In this document: one piece after another, positions 18,472 to 27,515 of the stretch
How the letters are laid out: every line of letters starts with the position of its first letter
How positions within the stretch are numbered: position 1 is the stretch's first letter
Assembly: GCA_014161675.1 (NCBI GenBank)
Contig: GCA_014161675.1_4760.1
Reading direction: 5' to 3' (one strand)
DNA length: 64,000 bases
Origin: a phage
Notes under the pieces: model-generated
What the model was told of the DNA's origin: nothing
What the model saw: only the letters and a program-made list of their open reading frames with translations
The model's database searches: none
Translations under genes and position numbers: made by a program

Positions 18472-18870
18472 TTAAGACAGTCGAGTGAGTTTATAAATTG
18501 TTTTAAAACATAGAGCTTTGATATCGTCTAAAACGCTCTGTAACGAGCTATCAACATCATTATAAATCTCACTAGCCATTTGCGTTAACTCTTGCAAATA
18601 GGCAATTTCGCTAATCTCCTTGCGGACGACCAACGTTGGCTGATAACGACCAGTGATCCCAATATTGGTTTCAGTGAAATCATCAACCAATTCTTGCATT
18701 TCAAGATAGAACTCTTCTAGAGCCTTATGTTTTGCATAAGATCCAGTACCAGTTACCCCAAAATGCGCAGAATGCATATAAGTAACACTCATCAGACATT
18801 CACCGATAAAGCGGTCAACTTTATTAGCTTTCCCCTCTTCGGACGTCTTTCGAAAATCACTGAATTTCAT
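18472..18870 (-). CDS. hypothetical protein
   Basis: start at Met (MKFSDF) with GGAGAATCGAGAACATG leader. Confidence 0.4.
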   Translation of the reverse strand: MKFSDFRKTSEEGKANKVDRFIGECLMSVTYMHSAHFGVTGTGSYAKHKALEEFYLEMQELVDDFTETNIGITGRYQPTLVVRKEISEIAYLQELTQMASEIYNDVDSSLQSVLDDIKALCFKTIYKLTRLS

Positions 18871-19159
18871 GTTCTCGATTCTCCATATTATGCAACATAA
18901 CAAACTGTTGTGCGGCATATTCCCCCATAATAAAACACTGCTTAGAATCCATACATTTACTACGAGCATACATCTTCATAATATGGGCATGAAATTTCTG
19001 GCTGGTTTCAATGGAAGGAGATATTTTGTTTACATATACTATCATTGCACCGTCGAAATAATCAGTAAAATCACCAGTTGGATCATATTGATCAGCACTG
19101 ACACTTCCGACCGCAGTCAAGCATATTGCCGCTGTTAGAGTTTTACGAATAAATGACAT
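18857..19159 (-). CDS. rI: periplasmic lysis-inhibition regulator rI-like
   Basis: 100 aa, N-terminal signal peptide, two Cys, located directly downstream of tk as in T4. Confidence 0.5.
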   Translation of the reverse strand: MSFIRKTLTAAICLTAVGSVSADQYDPTGDFTDYFDGAMIVYVNKISPSIETSQKFHAHIMKMYARSKCMDSKQCFIMGEYAAQQFVMLHNMENREHEIQ

Positions 19160-19227
19160 AAGTCATTCCCCCAGATTAAAAATATTCAGTTATATTTATA
19201 ATCTGGGGCTTTATTTATGATTAACTC

Positions 19228-19824
19228 TTATTTGGTAGTACCGTCAATAAAATGTTTACGGCACACAGAGACATATTTATCCTCTGCACCAACTTCTATT
19301 TGAGCACCATCGCGAATAACATTACCCTCTTTATCTACACGAAGGACCATTGTTGCTTTCTTGCCACAATGACAAATACCCTTCATTTCGACCAGTTTAT
19401 CAGCAAATGCCATTAATGCCGCAGATCCTTCAAATAGATTGCCCTGAAAGTCGGTGCGAAGGCCATAGCACAGTACAGGGATATTTGCATCATCGACAAG
19501 CGCACACAAGCCTAAAACATGCTCTTTAGTCATAAATTGGGCTTCATCTACAAATACAGCATCAGGACGCCATCGATCCGGTCTACGCTTACCTAACGAT
19601 TCACGATAAACCAAATCGAAAAGATCATCCGATTCAGTGAAGGTGATCGCTGGAGCACTTAGGCCAATTCGGGAAACAACTTCACTTTCTGAATCTCGAT
19701 TATCAATCGCTGGCTTAAGAATTAATACTCGCATATCACGTTCGGTATAGTTATAAGCACTTTGTAACAGAGAAGTTGATTTGCCAGCGTTCATAGATGC
19801 ATAGTAGAAATATAGTTGCGCCAT
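19228..19824 (-). CDS. tk: thymidine kinase
   Basis: P-loop MNAGKST, C-terminal zinc motif CHCGKKAT...VCRKH; typical TK1-type. Confidence 0.9.
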   Translation of the reverse strand: MAQLYFYYASMNAGKSTSLLQSAYNYTERDMRVLILKPAIDNRDSESEVVSRIGLSAPAITFTESDDLFDLVYRESLGKRRPDRWRPDAVFVDEAQFMTKEHVLGLCALVDDANIPVLCYGLRTDFQGNLFEGSAALMAFADKLVEMKGICHCGKKATMVLRVDKEGNVIRDGAQIEVGAEDKYVSVCRKHFIDGTTK

Positions 19825-20117
19825 TAATTAATCTCCAAAAATCCAGCAAGACCTAAACCGATATAAGTCCAGATACAAAGGAAAAAGAAGCAAACACCCA
19901 TAGCAAAGATAAATCCGCGTAGTGTCTTTGGATAACCTACCCAATATTCCCGACCATCTTCTAACCGGATCAGCTTATTTCCTTGAGAGTCCATATCAAT
20001 TACAACATGTTTATTTCTGGATTGTAACAGATATTGCTTGACAATCTCAATACCCGCCATAATAACAATAACGAAATTGAAAGTCCACATAACAAGGTTA
20101 ATGGTAGTCTCAAGCAT
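19824..20117 (-). CDS. hypothetical membrane protein
   Basis: 97 aa, two hydrophobic helices. Confidence 0.4.
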   Translation of the reverse strand: MLETTINLVMWTFNFVIVIMAGIEIVKQYLLQSRNKHVVIDMDSQGNKLIRLEDGREYWVGYPKTLRGFIFAMGVCFFFLCIWTYIGLGLAGFLEIN

Positions 20118-20352
20118 TTTCTATCACCTCCACCCAATCAGGCGTTTCCTGAAATACTCCTTCGCCTTCGTGGTGGATGCATCCTTTATTGCTACAATAC
20201 ATCCACCAATCCCACATTCCCCACGGTAAACGCTGCATATCGTCGTTACAGCAAGTGAAGACAATAGGCCAACCACATCTAACACATCGGCAGTTTTCCT
20301 TCATGTGAGCGGTATTAGGCTTCTTCATAGATGACTCCAATATAATCGACAT
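20110..20352 (-). CDS. hypothetical Cys-rich protein
   Basis: CRCVRCG...TCCNDD...CSNKGCIHHEG. Confidence 0.4.
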   Translation of the reverse strand: MSIILESSMKKPNTAHMKENCRCVRCGWPIVFTCCNDDMQRLPWGMWDWWMYCSNKGCIHHEGEGVFQETPDWVEVIENA

Positions 20353-20519
20353 TTACATTTAGGGCAATGCGGTTCTTTAATATAATACCCGTCTGTCTTT
20401 GGAACACTAACAGGAGCGGTTTTTATATTGTATTCCGTGAAACAACGAAAACAAGTTACGTTTTCCACAGACTGACGTTTCACCCAATAACCGGAATAGA
20501 GGTCATTTTTATTTGTCAT
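20325..20519 (-). CDS. hypothetical zinc-ribbon protein
   Basis: CFRCF...CPKCKC; start moved to internal Met. Confidence 0.4.
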   Translation of the reverse strand: MTNKNDLYSGYWVKRQSVENVTCFRCFTEYNIKTAPVSVPKTDGYYIKEPHCPKCKCRLYWSHL

Positions 20520-20964
20520 ATTCCACCACCACAATGTTAATGTCTGGAGTAGCAATATTAATGATTTCTTCTACACATTCCCACTCAAGGCCACCGATAC
20601 CGCAACCGATTTTAGGGATATAGAAAGGCTGTATAGCACCTTCAAAAACATCATTGAGAGTCTCAAATCCTTTCAGGATAGCACCATATTCAGCATTTGG
20701 ACCCGGTCGGAATTGGGTATAGAGATTCACCCCGCACCAGTTATAACCATTAACTTGATGCGTCCAGACACTAAACCCACCCAACTTTTCTACCTTACCG
20801 CGAGAAGTTTGCTTGTCAATTTCTAACGCTTGCGGGAACTCTTTCGCGATATCCGCAGCAATACCAGCGCCCATAGTATGAAAACAATTACAACCATGAA
20901 TTAAATGACCGTTTCCTTGTTTAAACAGGGCGATGAGATCGCCCTTTACAGTATCAATAATCAT
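20509..20964 (-). CDS. macrodomain protein, TARG1/OARD1/DarG-like ADP-ribosyl hydrolase
   Basis: VKGDL...HGCNCFHTMGAGIA and IPKIGCGIGGLEWE motifs paralleling human TARG1 (GDLF...CRMGAGIA ... PRIGCGLDRLQWE). Confidence 0.7.
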   Translation of the reverse strand: MIIDTVKGDLIALFKQGNGHLIHGCNCFHTMGAGIAADIAKEFPQALEIDKQTSRGKVEKLGGFSVWTHQVNGYNWCGVNLYTQFRPGPNAEYGAILKGFETLNDVFEGAIQPFYIPKIGCGIGGLEWECVEEIINIATPDINIVVVEYDK

Positions 20965-20979
20965 ATTATAAACCTCTAA

Positions 20980-21339
20980 TTAGTCACGGGAAGACAACCC
21001 AGCCATAAAACGGCTTAACAGTGTGTCGCGATAAGCAAAGCATAATTGCTTATCAGGGGCAGTATCACACAGGTTACGTTTTGTTTTAGCAAAGCTGGCA
21101 ATACTCAGATCCCACGCTCGATTTTTTCGTTTTTCGTCTCGACCTTGTTTGTATGCCTCGTCAAGTTCAAGTGCGATAAAATCGCTACACATGTTATCAT
21201 CATCACAGAAGGTTTTAATGATCTTTTTGTTGATCTCAAATCCTTTGTATTCGAACTTTGGATAAGGGCGCTCATTACTAGCAAGCGCACCAGCCGAGAA
21301 CATCATAGCAATCATAGCAACTATTGTCAACTTTTTCAT
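20980..21339 (-). CDS. hypothetical secreted protein
   Basis: N-terminal signal peptide MKKLTIVAMIAMMFSAGALA. Confidence 0.45.
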   Translation of the reverse strand: MKKLTIVAMIAMMFSAGALASNERPYPKFEYKGFEINKKIIKTFCDDDNMCSDFIALELDEAYKQGRDEKRKNRAWDLSIASFAKTKRNLCDTAPDKQLCFAYRDTLLSRFMAGLSSRD

Positions 21340-21346
21340 ATATTCC

Positions 21347-21937
21347 TCAATAGCGTTTAGTTTTAAGAATGCCTTTACTCTTTAGATGGTTAGCCTTTTT
21401 TAGTACGTCATCAGCATAGCCTAACCCAGCTTTATAGTTCCATCCAGCATTGTAAGAAGCTAGCGCGAGTCGGATATTACCGTTTCTAACATCCAGCCAG
21501 TATGCTAACTCATCCATCGCGTAGAATGCAGAAACCTCGCGATTCATGATAAAGTTGATAGTCTGGCGATCACTCATTTTAACACCGCGCTTTGCATTTT
21601 TCGCTTTCACCGTTTTAAGGTAATTTTGAAATAATCCATAAGCATGATGATTTTTCTTTGGTGCTAAGTTTGCACCCGCGCTTGATTCTTGCCATGCGAT
21701 ACCCGCCAGGATGTGACCTAAACCCTTTCCGTTATAGCGAATATTCGGATGGTCCTTTTTCAACTTACCGCTTTTCTCGAATTGCTCGCCGTATTGATAG
21801 GCGAAATGTAAATTATCTAGTTGGTGTGCTGTAAAGTTGTCTATCGGCGCTTTTTTGATCGGTGCGCTAGTCGATGCGTGTGTAGCACCAACGGCTAGTG
21901 ACAGACTCAATACTATCGCTTTTAGAACTTTTAACAT
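21347..21937 (-). CDS. secreted lytic transglycosylase (SLT domain)
   Basis: signal peptide; catalytic AWQESS motif, GLFQ and YNAG motifs. Confidence 0.65.
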   Translation of the reverse strand: MLKVLKAIVLSLSLAVGATHASTSAPIKKAPIDNFTAHQLDNLHFAYQYGEQFEKSGKLKKDHPNIRYNGKGLGHILAGIAWQESSAGANLAPKKNHHAYGLFQNYLKTVKAKNAKRGVKMSDRQTINFIMNREVSAFYAMDELAYWLDVRNGNIRLALASYNAGWNYKAGLGYADDVLKKANHLKSKGILKTKRY

Positions 21938-22023
21938 TAATTTCTCCTGTTTGGCTTAACTTTCTGATTCCATAATATAGCCCTATCACCAGAAAGTCAA
22001 GCATTATTTTTAACCAATTTCCA

Positions 22024-22446
22024 TTATTGGTCTACCTTCAAAACAACCGCCGACATTTTACCCGCCAGTCGTTTTGGATTCTCTATAATCATTCGGCAGC
22101 ATAGACCGTGATATGGCTTACCCTCTTCGATTAGATCTACTGTCATCCCGATCCACATGTTACCGTCAGTAATTTCTAATCGATTCGGTCGGTCTTCCAT
22201 TTTCAGGAAGTCGAAGATCTCCGGCAAACGAGTTTCTATCTTATTGAATAGTTCCATTGTCTTATGTTCATCGATATGACGATCGGTTAGACGGTCGATC
22301 ATATGCGGACTAAAGCGAATGAAAATATACTCACCGTAACCATTATTCAAGCACTTTTCTTTGATTTGTGCGTTAGTCTTACGCATTTCAGTTTCGAAGA
22401 ATCTGCGCAGCTTGCTACGGCGAACGTGTACATTAATTGTTTCCAT
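22024..22446 (-). CDS. regB: site-specific endoribonuclease RegB
   Basis: RRSKLRRFFETE...GRLEITDGNMW...CRMIIENPKRLAGK matches T4 RegB from memory; start at METINV. Confidence 0.8.
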   Translation of the reverse strand: METINVHVRRSKLRRFFETEMRKTNAQIKEKCLNNGYGEYIFIRFSPHMIDRLTDRHIDEHKTMELFNKIETRLPEIFDFLKMEDRPNRLEITDGNMWIGMTVDLIEEGKPYHGLCCRMIIENPKRLAGKMSAVVLKVDQ

Positions 22447-22447
22447 T

Positions 22448-22786
22448 TTATTCTCCTTTCTTAAACAAATTGCGAAGCCAGTATACAAACGGGATTTCTT
22501 TAAACTTGAATTTCTCTATAGTTAATTCTTTAGTAGCAAGATGAATACCATAAGCATCATGTGTCACGATATGCCATTTTCTATAGTCCAAATGTGAACA
22601 ACCGTCTGGATCTAGGTTAATAAGAGTTTCTCGCTCACTAGGATTATTTTTCCACAATTTTGTAATAGGATCGCACATAATTCGACCTAGCGTACCATGA
22701 ATAATCTCACAACGGTAAAGTTTTCCAGCAGTGAGATAGGCGCACCCGTCATAGTCGGTATAAACAAACACTTCTTTAACACTCAT
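22448..22786 (-). CDS. hypothetical protein, two copies of a small CSHL-motif domain
   Basis: DYDGCAYL and DPDGCSHLDYRKW repeats; start at MSVKE behind AGGAG. Confidence 0.45.
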   Translation of the reverse strand: MSVKEVFVYTDYDGCAYLTAGKLYRCEIIHGTLGRIMCDPITKLWKNNPSERETLINLDPDGCSHLDYRKWHIVTHDAYGIHLATKELTIEKFKFKEIPFVYWLRNLFKKGE

Positions 22787-22843
22787 TTTAATACTCCTTT
22801 GTTTCGATGGGGGTATATTACTACCCCCGATCATGTGTGTCAA

Positions 22844-23104
22844 CTACTTTTTCAAGATTTTTTTAATTGCGTTCCAAAGACCTTTATTCTCAGGTTGTTT
22901 TGGTTCTTCAATCAGTGTCCAGGTTCGACCGTCTAAGTGTGCACAATTTTTAAGACAAATAAAAATCTGGTGTCCCTTATCATCACGGATATAACCACTA
23001 TTCGCAAATCTTTCATGTGGTGTATATTCATACAGTGTATTTGGTGTAATATACTTGCGGTTACTATAAGGTGTCATCACATACATCATGGTACTAACTC
23101 CCAA
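22844..23104 (-). CDS. hypothetical protein, CSHL-motif domain paralog
   Basis: GYIRDDKGHQIFICLKNCAHLDGRTWTL. Confidence 0.45.
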   Translation of the reverse strand: MGVSTMMYVMTPYSNRKYITPNTLYEYTPHERFANSGYIRDDKGHQIFICLKNCAHLDGRTWTLIEEPKQPENKGLWNAIKKILKK

Positions 23105-23280
23105 CGATCACCGCGAAGATGAGAACATCCACCATCAAGAAGTATCGTAATACGATAACCTATATCATCTTTGATGTAACCGATTGTCGGTGGATTTTCG
23201 TCGTCTCGTGTCGGGGTAAAATCATACATCTTTCCAGGCGTAATATCTTGTCCTTTATTGCTATTGGTATAAACTTGCAT
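23086..23280 (-). CDS. hypothetical protein, CSHL-motif domain paralog
   Basis: GYIKDDIGYRITILLDGGCSHLRGDRWEL. Confidence 0.45.
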   Translation of the reverse strand: MQVYTNSNKGQDITPGKMYDFTPTRDDENPPTIGYIKDDIGYRITILLDGGCSHLRGDRWELVP

Positions 23281-23301
23281 TTTCTTAATCTCCTATATTA
23301 A

Positions 23302-24000
23302 CTAACCACGGGTATAGTGTTCCAGAACAACTGTCAGATGAATATATTCTAATAGATCTTTCCAAAAGTCAACATCTGGTTCTTCCGGCATACCGTTTTT
23401 CTTTGCCTCTTCACGCGCGAGTTTAACACGCTCGTAGAGATCTTTCAATTCTTCCCGCACATTATCAAAGGTTCTTTCTCCTAACTTACACGCTAAAATA
23501 GAAGAACGTCGCGCGAGCGGGAATTGTAGATCACCAGTTTGATAGATTTCAAGTAGCTGATAACCAACACGCAGAGCATGAGAAAGATCTTTCCAGTTAC
23601 TGAAATACTTTTCAGATTTGGCTACCTGCTTTTTGAGATAGCCAGACAAACCCCACATACCAACATGATAGAATTTATCGCGATGTGTTCGGATGTATTC
23701 CCATTCTCTGGAGGATTCAATCAACATGTTACTAGGAGCGTGCACCATGTCAATAGCGCCGATATCGCCTTTACATGCCAGATTGATAAACCGTTTTAGA
23801 CTGAACATATTAACGTCAATGTCGTCTTTGGTGTTCTTGATCCCTTGACCGCTAGTGCTTTGATCATAGTGTTCTTTCATCGATCCTAAGATAATTTCTT
23901 TCGCAGTCGGAACAAAGATACCACGATAATCTTTATCTGAATTTTCAGTATCAAGGCCGTATAAGTGAGATCCGAAGACCATTTTAACCATTGTATGCAT
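23302..24000 (-). CDS. Pol-beta-superfamily nucleotidyltransferase (unknown specificity)
   Basis: FGSHLYGLDTENSDKDYRGIF = hG[GS]x9-13D[DE]h NTase signature, followed by second acidic motif DIDVNMF. Confidence 0.55.
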   Translation of the reverse strand: MHTMVKMVFGSHLYGLDTENSDKDYRGIFVPTAKEIILGSMKEHYDQSTSGQGIKNTKDDIDVNMFSLKRFINLACKGDIGAIDMVHAPSNMLIESSREWEYIRTHRDKFYHVGMWGLSGYLKKQVAKSEKYFSNWKDLSHALRVGYQLLEIYQTGDLQFPLARRSSILACKLGERTFDNVREELKDLYERVKLAREEAKKNGMPEEPDVDFWKDLLEYIHLTVVLEHYTRG

Positions 24001-24018
24001 AATTAAACCCTCATGTTA

Positions 24019-24612
24019 TTAAACATATTCAGCAACAACATTATGTTTAAAATTACCGCTCATTTTTGGATTTGGATTTTTCAATCGACTATGTATTAAA
24101 TTTTTGTTGTATCCGGTTGCTTTAGACGCTTCGCCAATACTTTGATAAACAACACCATTAACACGAATCGGACGAGACTTCTTAAACAGTTTATTCAATC
24201 CGGCATCATATGCATGGTTTTGGTTTTCTTGTCTCGTTGCGATCTCAAGATTCCAAACACAATTACAAGATTTTACCCCACTTTTATGATTAATTTCAAG
24301 CCCTTCACAATCACCTATAAAGTGTTCAGCAACTAGTCTATGAATATAGCGATATTTCTTAGTTTCCCCGTCATGCAAGCATATATTATAATAACCATCA
24401 CCAGCGCGTTTAGGTCGGAGTAGTTTACCTTTAACACGTTTTATAGTAGGGAACTCACCAAATTGATTTCGCTGGATAAACGGAATCTCGCGGTCTAATG
24501 AACGGATTCGACCATAGTTAGACACTTGATAAAAACTTTCATAGCCTTTAATTGGCTTCCATATCTCAGGAATTTCTACACCATCAATAACAACAAGTTT
24601 AAATTCTTCCAT
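24019..24612 (-). mobile_element. free-standing HNH homing endonuclease with NUMOD4-like N-terminus
   Basis: YESFYQVSNYGRIRSL (NUMOD4-like), HRLVAEHF...INHKSG...NLE...ENQNH (HNH). Confidence 0.75.
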
Positions 24613-24660
24613 ATTTCACCTCATAAAAATAAAGCCAACCCTTTCGGATTGGCTTGTCGA

Positions 24661-25077
24661 TTACATAGATTCCGTAAAGGTACGGGTGATAATATCAAGT
24701 TGTTGTTCGCGTGTCAAGGCGTTGAAGCGGGTAGCATAACCACTGATTCTAATAGTCAATTGCGGGTACTTCTCAGGATGTTCAACCGCGTCCAGCAACA
24801 TTTCTCGTAACAATACGTTAACATTCAAATGCTGACCACCTTCGACAACCGGAGCACCATTATCTACAATAACAGGACGGAAGCTAGTTGTGTGCAGTGC
24901 CAGCGAATCGACGTCTTCTGCGGCGATCACATGGTCTTCTGCGAAAGTTTTACTAACAATTACTTTAGCGCCGATCAGGGCTTTCGGTTCGGATACCAGA
25001 ATCATAGGCGCGAAATGTCCACCGATAATAGTACCTTTATGCTCACCTTTCATGATTTGAATTGCTTTAAATTCCAT
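24661..25077 (-). CDS. autonomous glycyl radical cofactor (GrcA/YfiD-like; T4 Y06I-like)
   Basis: [12 protein letters not shown]...[20 protein letters not shown]...TFTESM, near-identical to the GrcA glycyl radical domain. Confidence 0.8.
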   Translation of the reverse strand: MEFKAIQIMKGEHKGTIIGGHFAPMILVSEPKALIGAKVIVSKTFAEDHVIAAEDVDSLALHTTSFRPVIVDNGAPVVEGGQHLNVNVLLREMLLDAVEHPEKYPQLTIRISGYATRFNALTREQQLDIITRTFTESM

Positions 25078-25212
25078 AATTCACCTCTTATAGATCAGGA
25101 CGTTCGTCATTAATTTTACCAACCAAAACACCATAGAGTTTATCAGGTTGGACTTTACGATTCTTTTTAATTGTAGCACGAAATCGACGAGCTACGCTAT
25201 CTTTATTTTTCA

Positions 25213-25698
25213 TTAGTTGATACCTAAGCCAATGAAAATAGGTTGGTCTTCTACATTACCCATCCCAACACTAAGTCGATTTACTTCTAAAAACTGCAAT
25301 ACGCTGTCAGTAAATCCGCGCATGGTAGTATCTAGGATAAAAATTGTTTTGTCAAGACTACGACCTCGCCATGTGATCGGATTCAGGAAAGTTCGGATCG
25401 ACGTACAATCTACATTTGAAATATTTACATTTTCACCGCGACCGCGATCTCGGATCGTTTTGGCATGTTCCCGCGTCGTTGAAACGATAAAGACACTATA
25501 GCCTTTTCTAGTATAATGGTCATATAACTTGATTGTAGCGTCTGTATGCCCTGTCTGACGTCCTAAATTGATTGAGACAATGGAATCTAGGTCATCAGCA
25601 AAATTGCGTCGCTTACGACGTTCTATGATGCCATTTACGGCAGAAACACACGCAGCATAAATCAAATCTTTACTTTCTAATTTTACATCAATATTCAT
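25213..25698 (-). CDS. hypothetical protein
   Basis: 161 aa ORF. Confidence 0.4.
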   Translation of the reverse strand: MNIDVKLESKDLIYAACVSAVNGIIERRKRRNFADDLDSIVSINLGRQTGHTDATIKLYDHYTRKGYSVFIVSTTREHAKTIRDRGRGENVNISNVDCTSIRTFLNPITWRGRSLDKTIFILDTTMRGFTDSVLQFLEVNRLSVGMGNVEDQPIFIGLGIN

Positions 25699-25760
25699 GG
25701 TAAAGTCTCCAGTGAACGGGGAGAGATCCTTAGATTGTCTCCCCGTTGATGGTTAATATT

Positions 25761-26150
25761 TTATTTTGGATCTGGGTATTTGCTGTGTGGCAATTGTAGA
25801 TGAGGACCATCTTTAAAACTAGTCCAATCCCCGCCCCATTCAACAGGAACACCCAATTCTCGACCAGCTTGTTTAAACGCATCAGCGATCATGCGGTAAT
25901 ATTTCATGTTCCATGTATCTTTATCTTTCGGATACGCTACAACATCAACCGCGAAACCGTGAAGATGACGAGATTTCATAGTCTTAGATTTACCTTCCGC
26001 AACATATTTCTTTTGCGTTTCTAGACTACGCACACCTTCCGTAATACCAAAATCGACCGGAGTCAGTTCTAATGCACGATGAACGACTTTTACCAGATCA
26101 GGATGCACACCAACAAGCCGATCTTTGCTTCTTTTAGATAATTTAAACAT
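25761..26150 (-). CDS. endolysin, peptidase M15 (L-alanyl-D-glutamate endopeptidase type)
   Basis: SRHLHGFAVDV and WGGDW...DGPHLQL zinc-ligand motifs as in VanY / T5-type endolysin. Confidence 0.75.
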   Translation of the reverse strand: MFKLSKRSKDRLVGVHPDLVKVVHRALELTPVDFGITEGVRSLETQKKYVAEGKSKTMKSRHLHGFAVDVVAYPKDKDTWNMKYYRMIADAFKQAGRELGVPVEWGGDWTSFKDGPHLQLPHSKYPDPK

Positions 26151-26178
26151 TATTCACCCCCTTTGTGAGTGATAATAT

Positions 26179-26370
26179 TTAGATTCCGGCGATCCTGCAT
26201 ATAGTTCTTGTATTAGCACCAATCAGGATCGCATTAACGACAACCATTCCCCAATCAACCCACTGATTATTATAAATGCTAAACCCGTTTGCAAGACCAA
26301 ATACAAGCATTCCGGTACACATACTCAGAGCAATAATCAACATCACGGTAAAACCAAATGCAAATCTCAT
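26179..26370 (-). CDS. small hydrophobic membrane protein
   Basis: 63 aa, two predicted TM helices. Confidence 0.4.
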   Translation of the reverse strand: MRFAFGFTVMLIIALSMCTGMLVFGLANGFSIYNNQWVDWGMVVVNAILIGANTRTICRIAGI

Positions 26371-26371
26371 A

Positions 26372-26638
26372 TTATTTTCCTTTTCTCTGTTTACGTTTAT
26401 AAAAGTAATACATTACCTCATCGCGTCCGGTTATCCAACATGCTAGGGCGGTAAACAGGTTTACAATTCCCAACACACCTACGGATGCGGCGCTGTCAAC
26501 AGACATAGGAACAGTAAAGGCCATAGCTAACATAGCAACGCCACAAATGACATTAAGCACCATTATAATAAGACCGAAGAAAACCATTGTCAATCCTCCC
26601 AAATAAGAAAACCAACAATCACGCCAGTGATAAGACAT
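26372..26638 (-). CDS. small hydrophobic membrane protein
   Basis: 88 aa, TM helices; start uncertain. Confidence 0.4.
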   Translation of the reverse strand: MSYHWRDCWFSYLGGLTMVFFGLIIMVLNVICGVAMLAMAFTVPMSVDSAASVGVLGIVNLFTALACWITGRDEVMYYFYKRKQRKGK

Positions 26639-26781
26639 GATGCGCCGCTAATAAGACAACCCGCGCCAAGTGATTCCCACCAGATCAGAGAAGCGACAAT
26701 AACACAGAATCCCCATACTACCGCAATCACAACATAGGCAAGGGTCGCCCAAAACATATATTTGTTCATAATAAATCCCAT
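26590..26781 (-). CDS. small hydrophobic membrane protein
   Basis: 63 aa; start uncertain. Confidence 0.35.
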   Translation of the reverse strand: MGFIMNKYMFWATLAYVVIAVVWGFCVIVASLIWWESLGAGCLISGASCLITGVIVGFLIWED

Positions 26782-26954
26782 TCACCAAACAAATAAGAAA
26801 AAAGCCATATCAACAGAAACGAGGCAATTGATCCGGCAAGCAAAATGATATTAGAGAATCCGCCGTCTATCCAGGCGACAAAACAGAATACGCCAGTATA
26901 GAAGCATAAACCCAGTACAAAGCATACTATAAGCAACCATAGACAAAACGTCAT
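26766..26954 (-). CDS. small hydrophobic membrane protein
   Basis: 62 aa, two TM helices. Confidence 0.4.
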   Translation of the reverse strand: MTFCLWLLIVCFVLGLCFYTGVFCFVAWIDGGFSNIILLAGSIASFLLIWLFSYLFGEWDLL

Positions 26955-27176
26955 AGAAAGCCCTCCAGTGAGCTAATTTAGTGCGGGTAGTACATTACCC
27001 TACCCGTATTGTTAATCATCGCAGAGCTTCTTCTAGCGCGATCCCAAACCATCCACAAACAACGCCCATACAGACAGCTACAAGAAGATTCATTCTCTCT
27101 TTAGGGATCATTGCAATCATAACAACAACCATACAGAAAGCCATTACCATTGAAGTTAACATTTGTTCAACCATTA

Positions 27177-27515
27177 TCACACCTTTAAAGTCATAGACGC
27201 ATAAACATTAATGCCAGGCCAGTTAGGATCGCAATTATACTCAACATCCCACAAATAAAGCGGTTTAGATGTATCAGCCAAGTTTTTAAAATCTTCTACC
27301 CACATTTCAAGGCTATATGATGGATAAACTAGGCTATCATATCCGCCGTAACGTTGGCCTACTGGTCGGTCAGTAAAAACTACCTCAAGATCCGGTAATT
27401 CTTTTTCAAGGATAACCGCCAGCGCATAAATCAGACGGTCTTCCTTGTTACGCTGCCGAAGGACCGTTGTCAGTTGGTTTTTCTGGTTCACTAGCAAGCA
27501 CCTCCACATTTTCAC
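27177..27515 (-). CDS. hypothetical protein
   Basis: 112 aa ORF. Confidence 0.35.
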   Translation of the reverse strand: MKMWRCLLVNQKNQLTTVLRQRNKEDRLIYALAVILEKELPDLEVVFTDRPVGQRYGGYDSLVYPSYSLEMWVEDFKNLADTSKPLYLWDVEYNCDPNWPGINVYASMTLKV

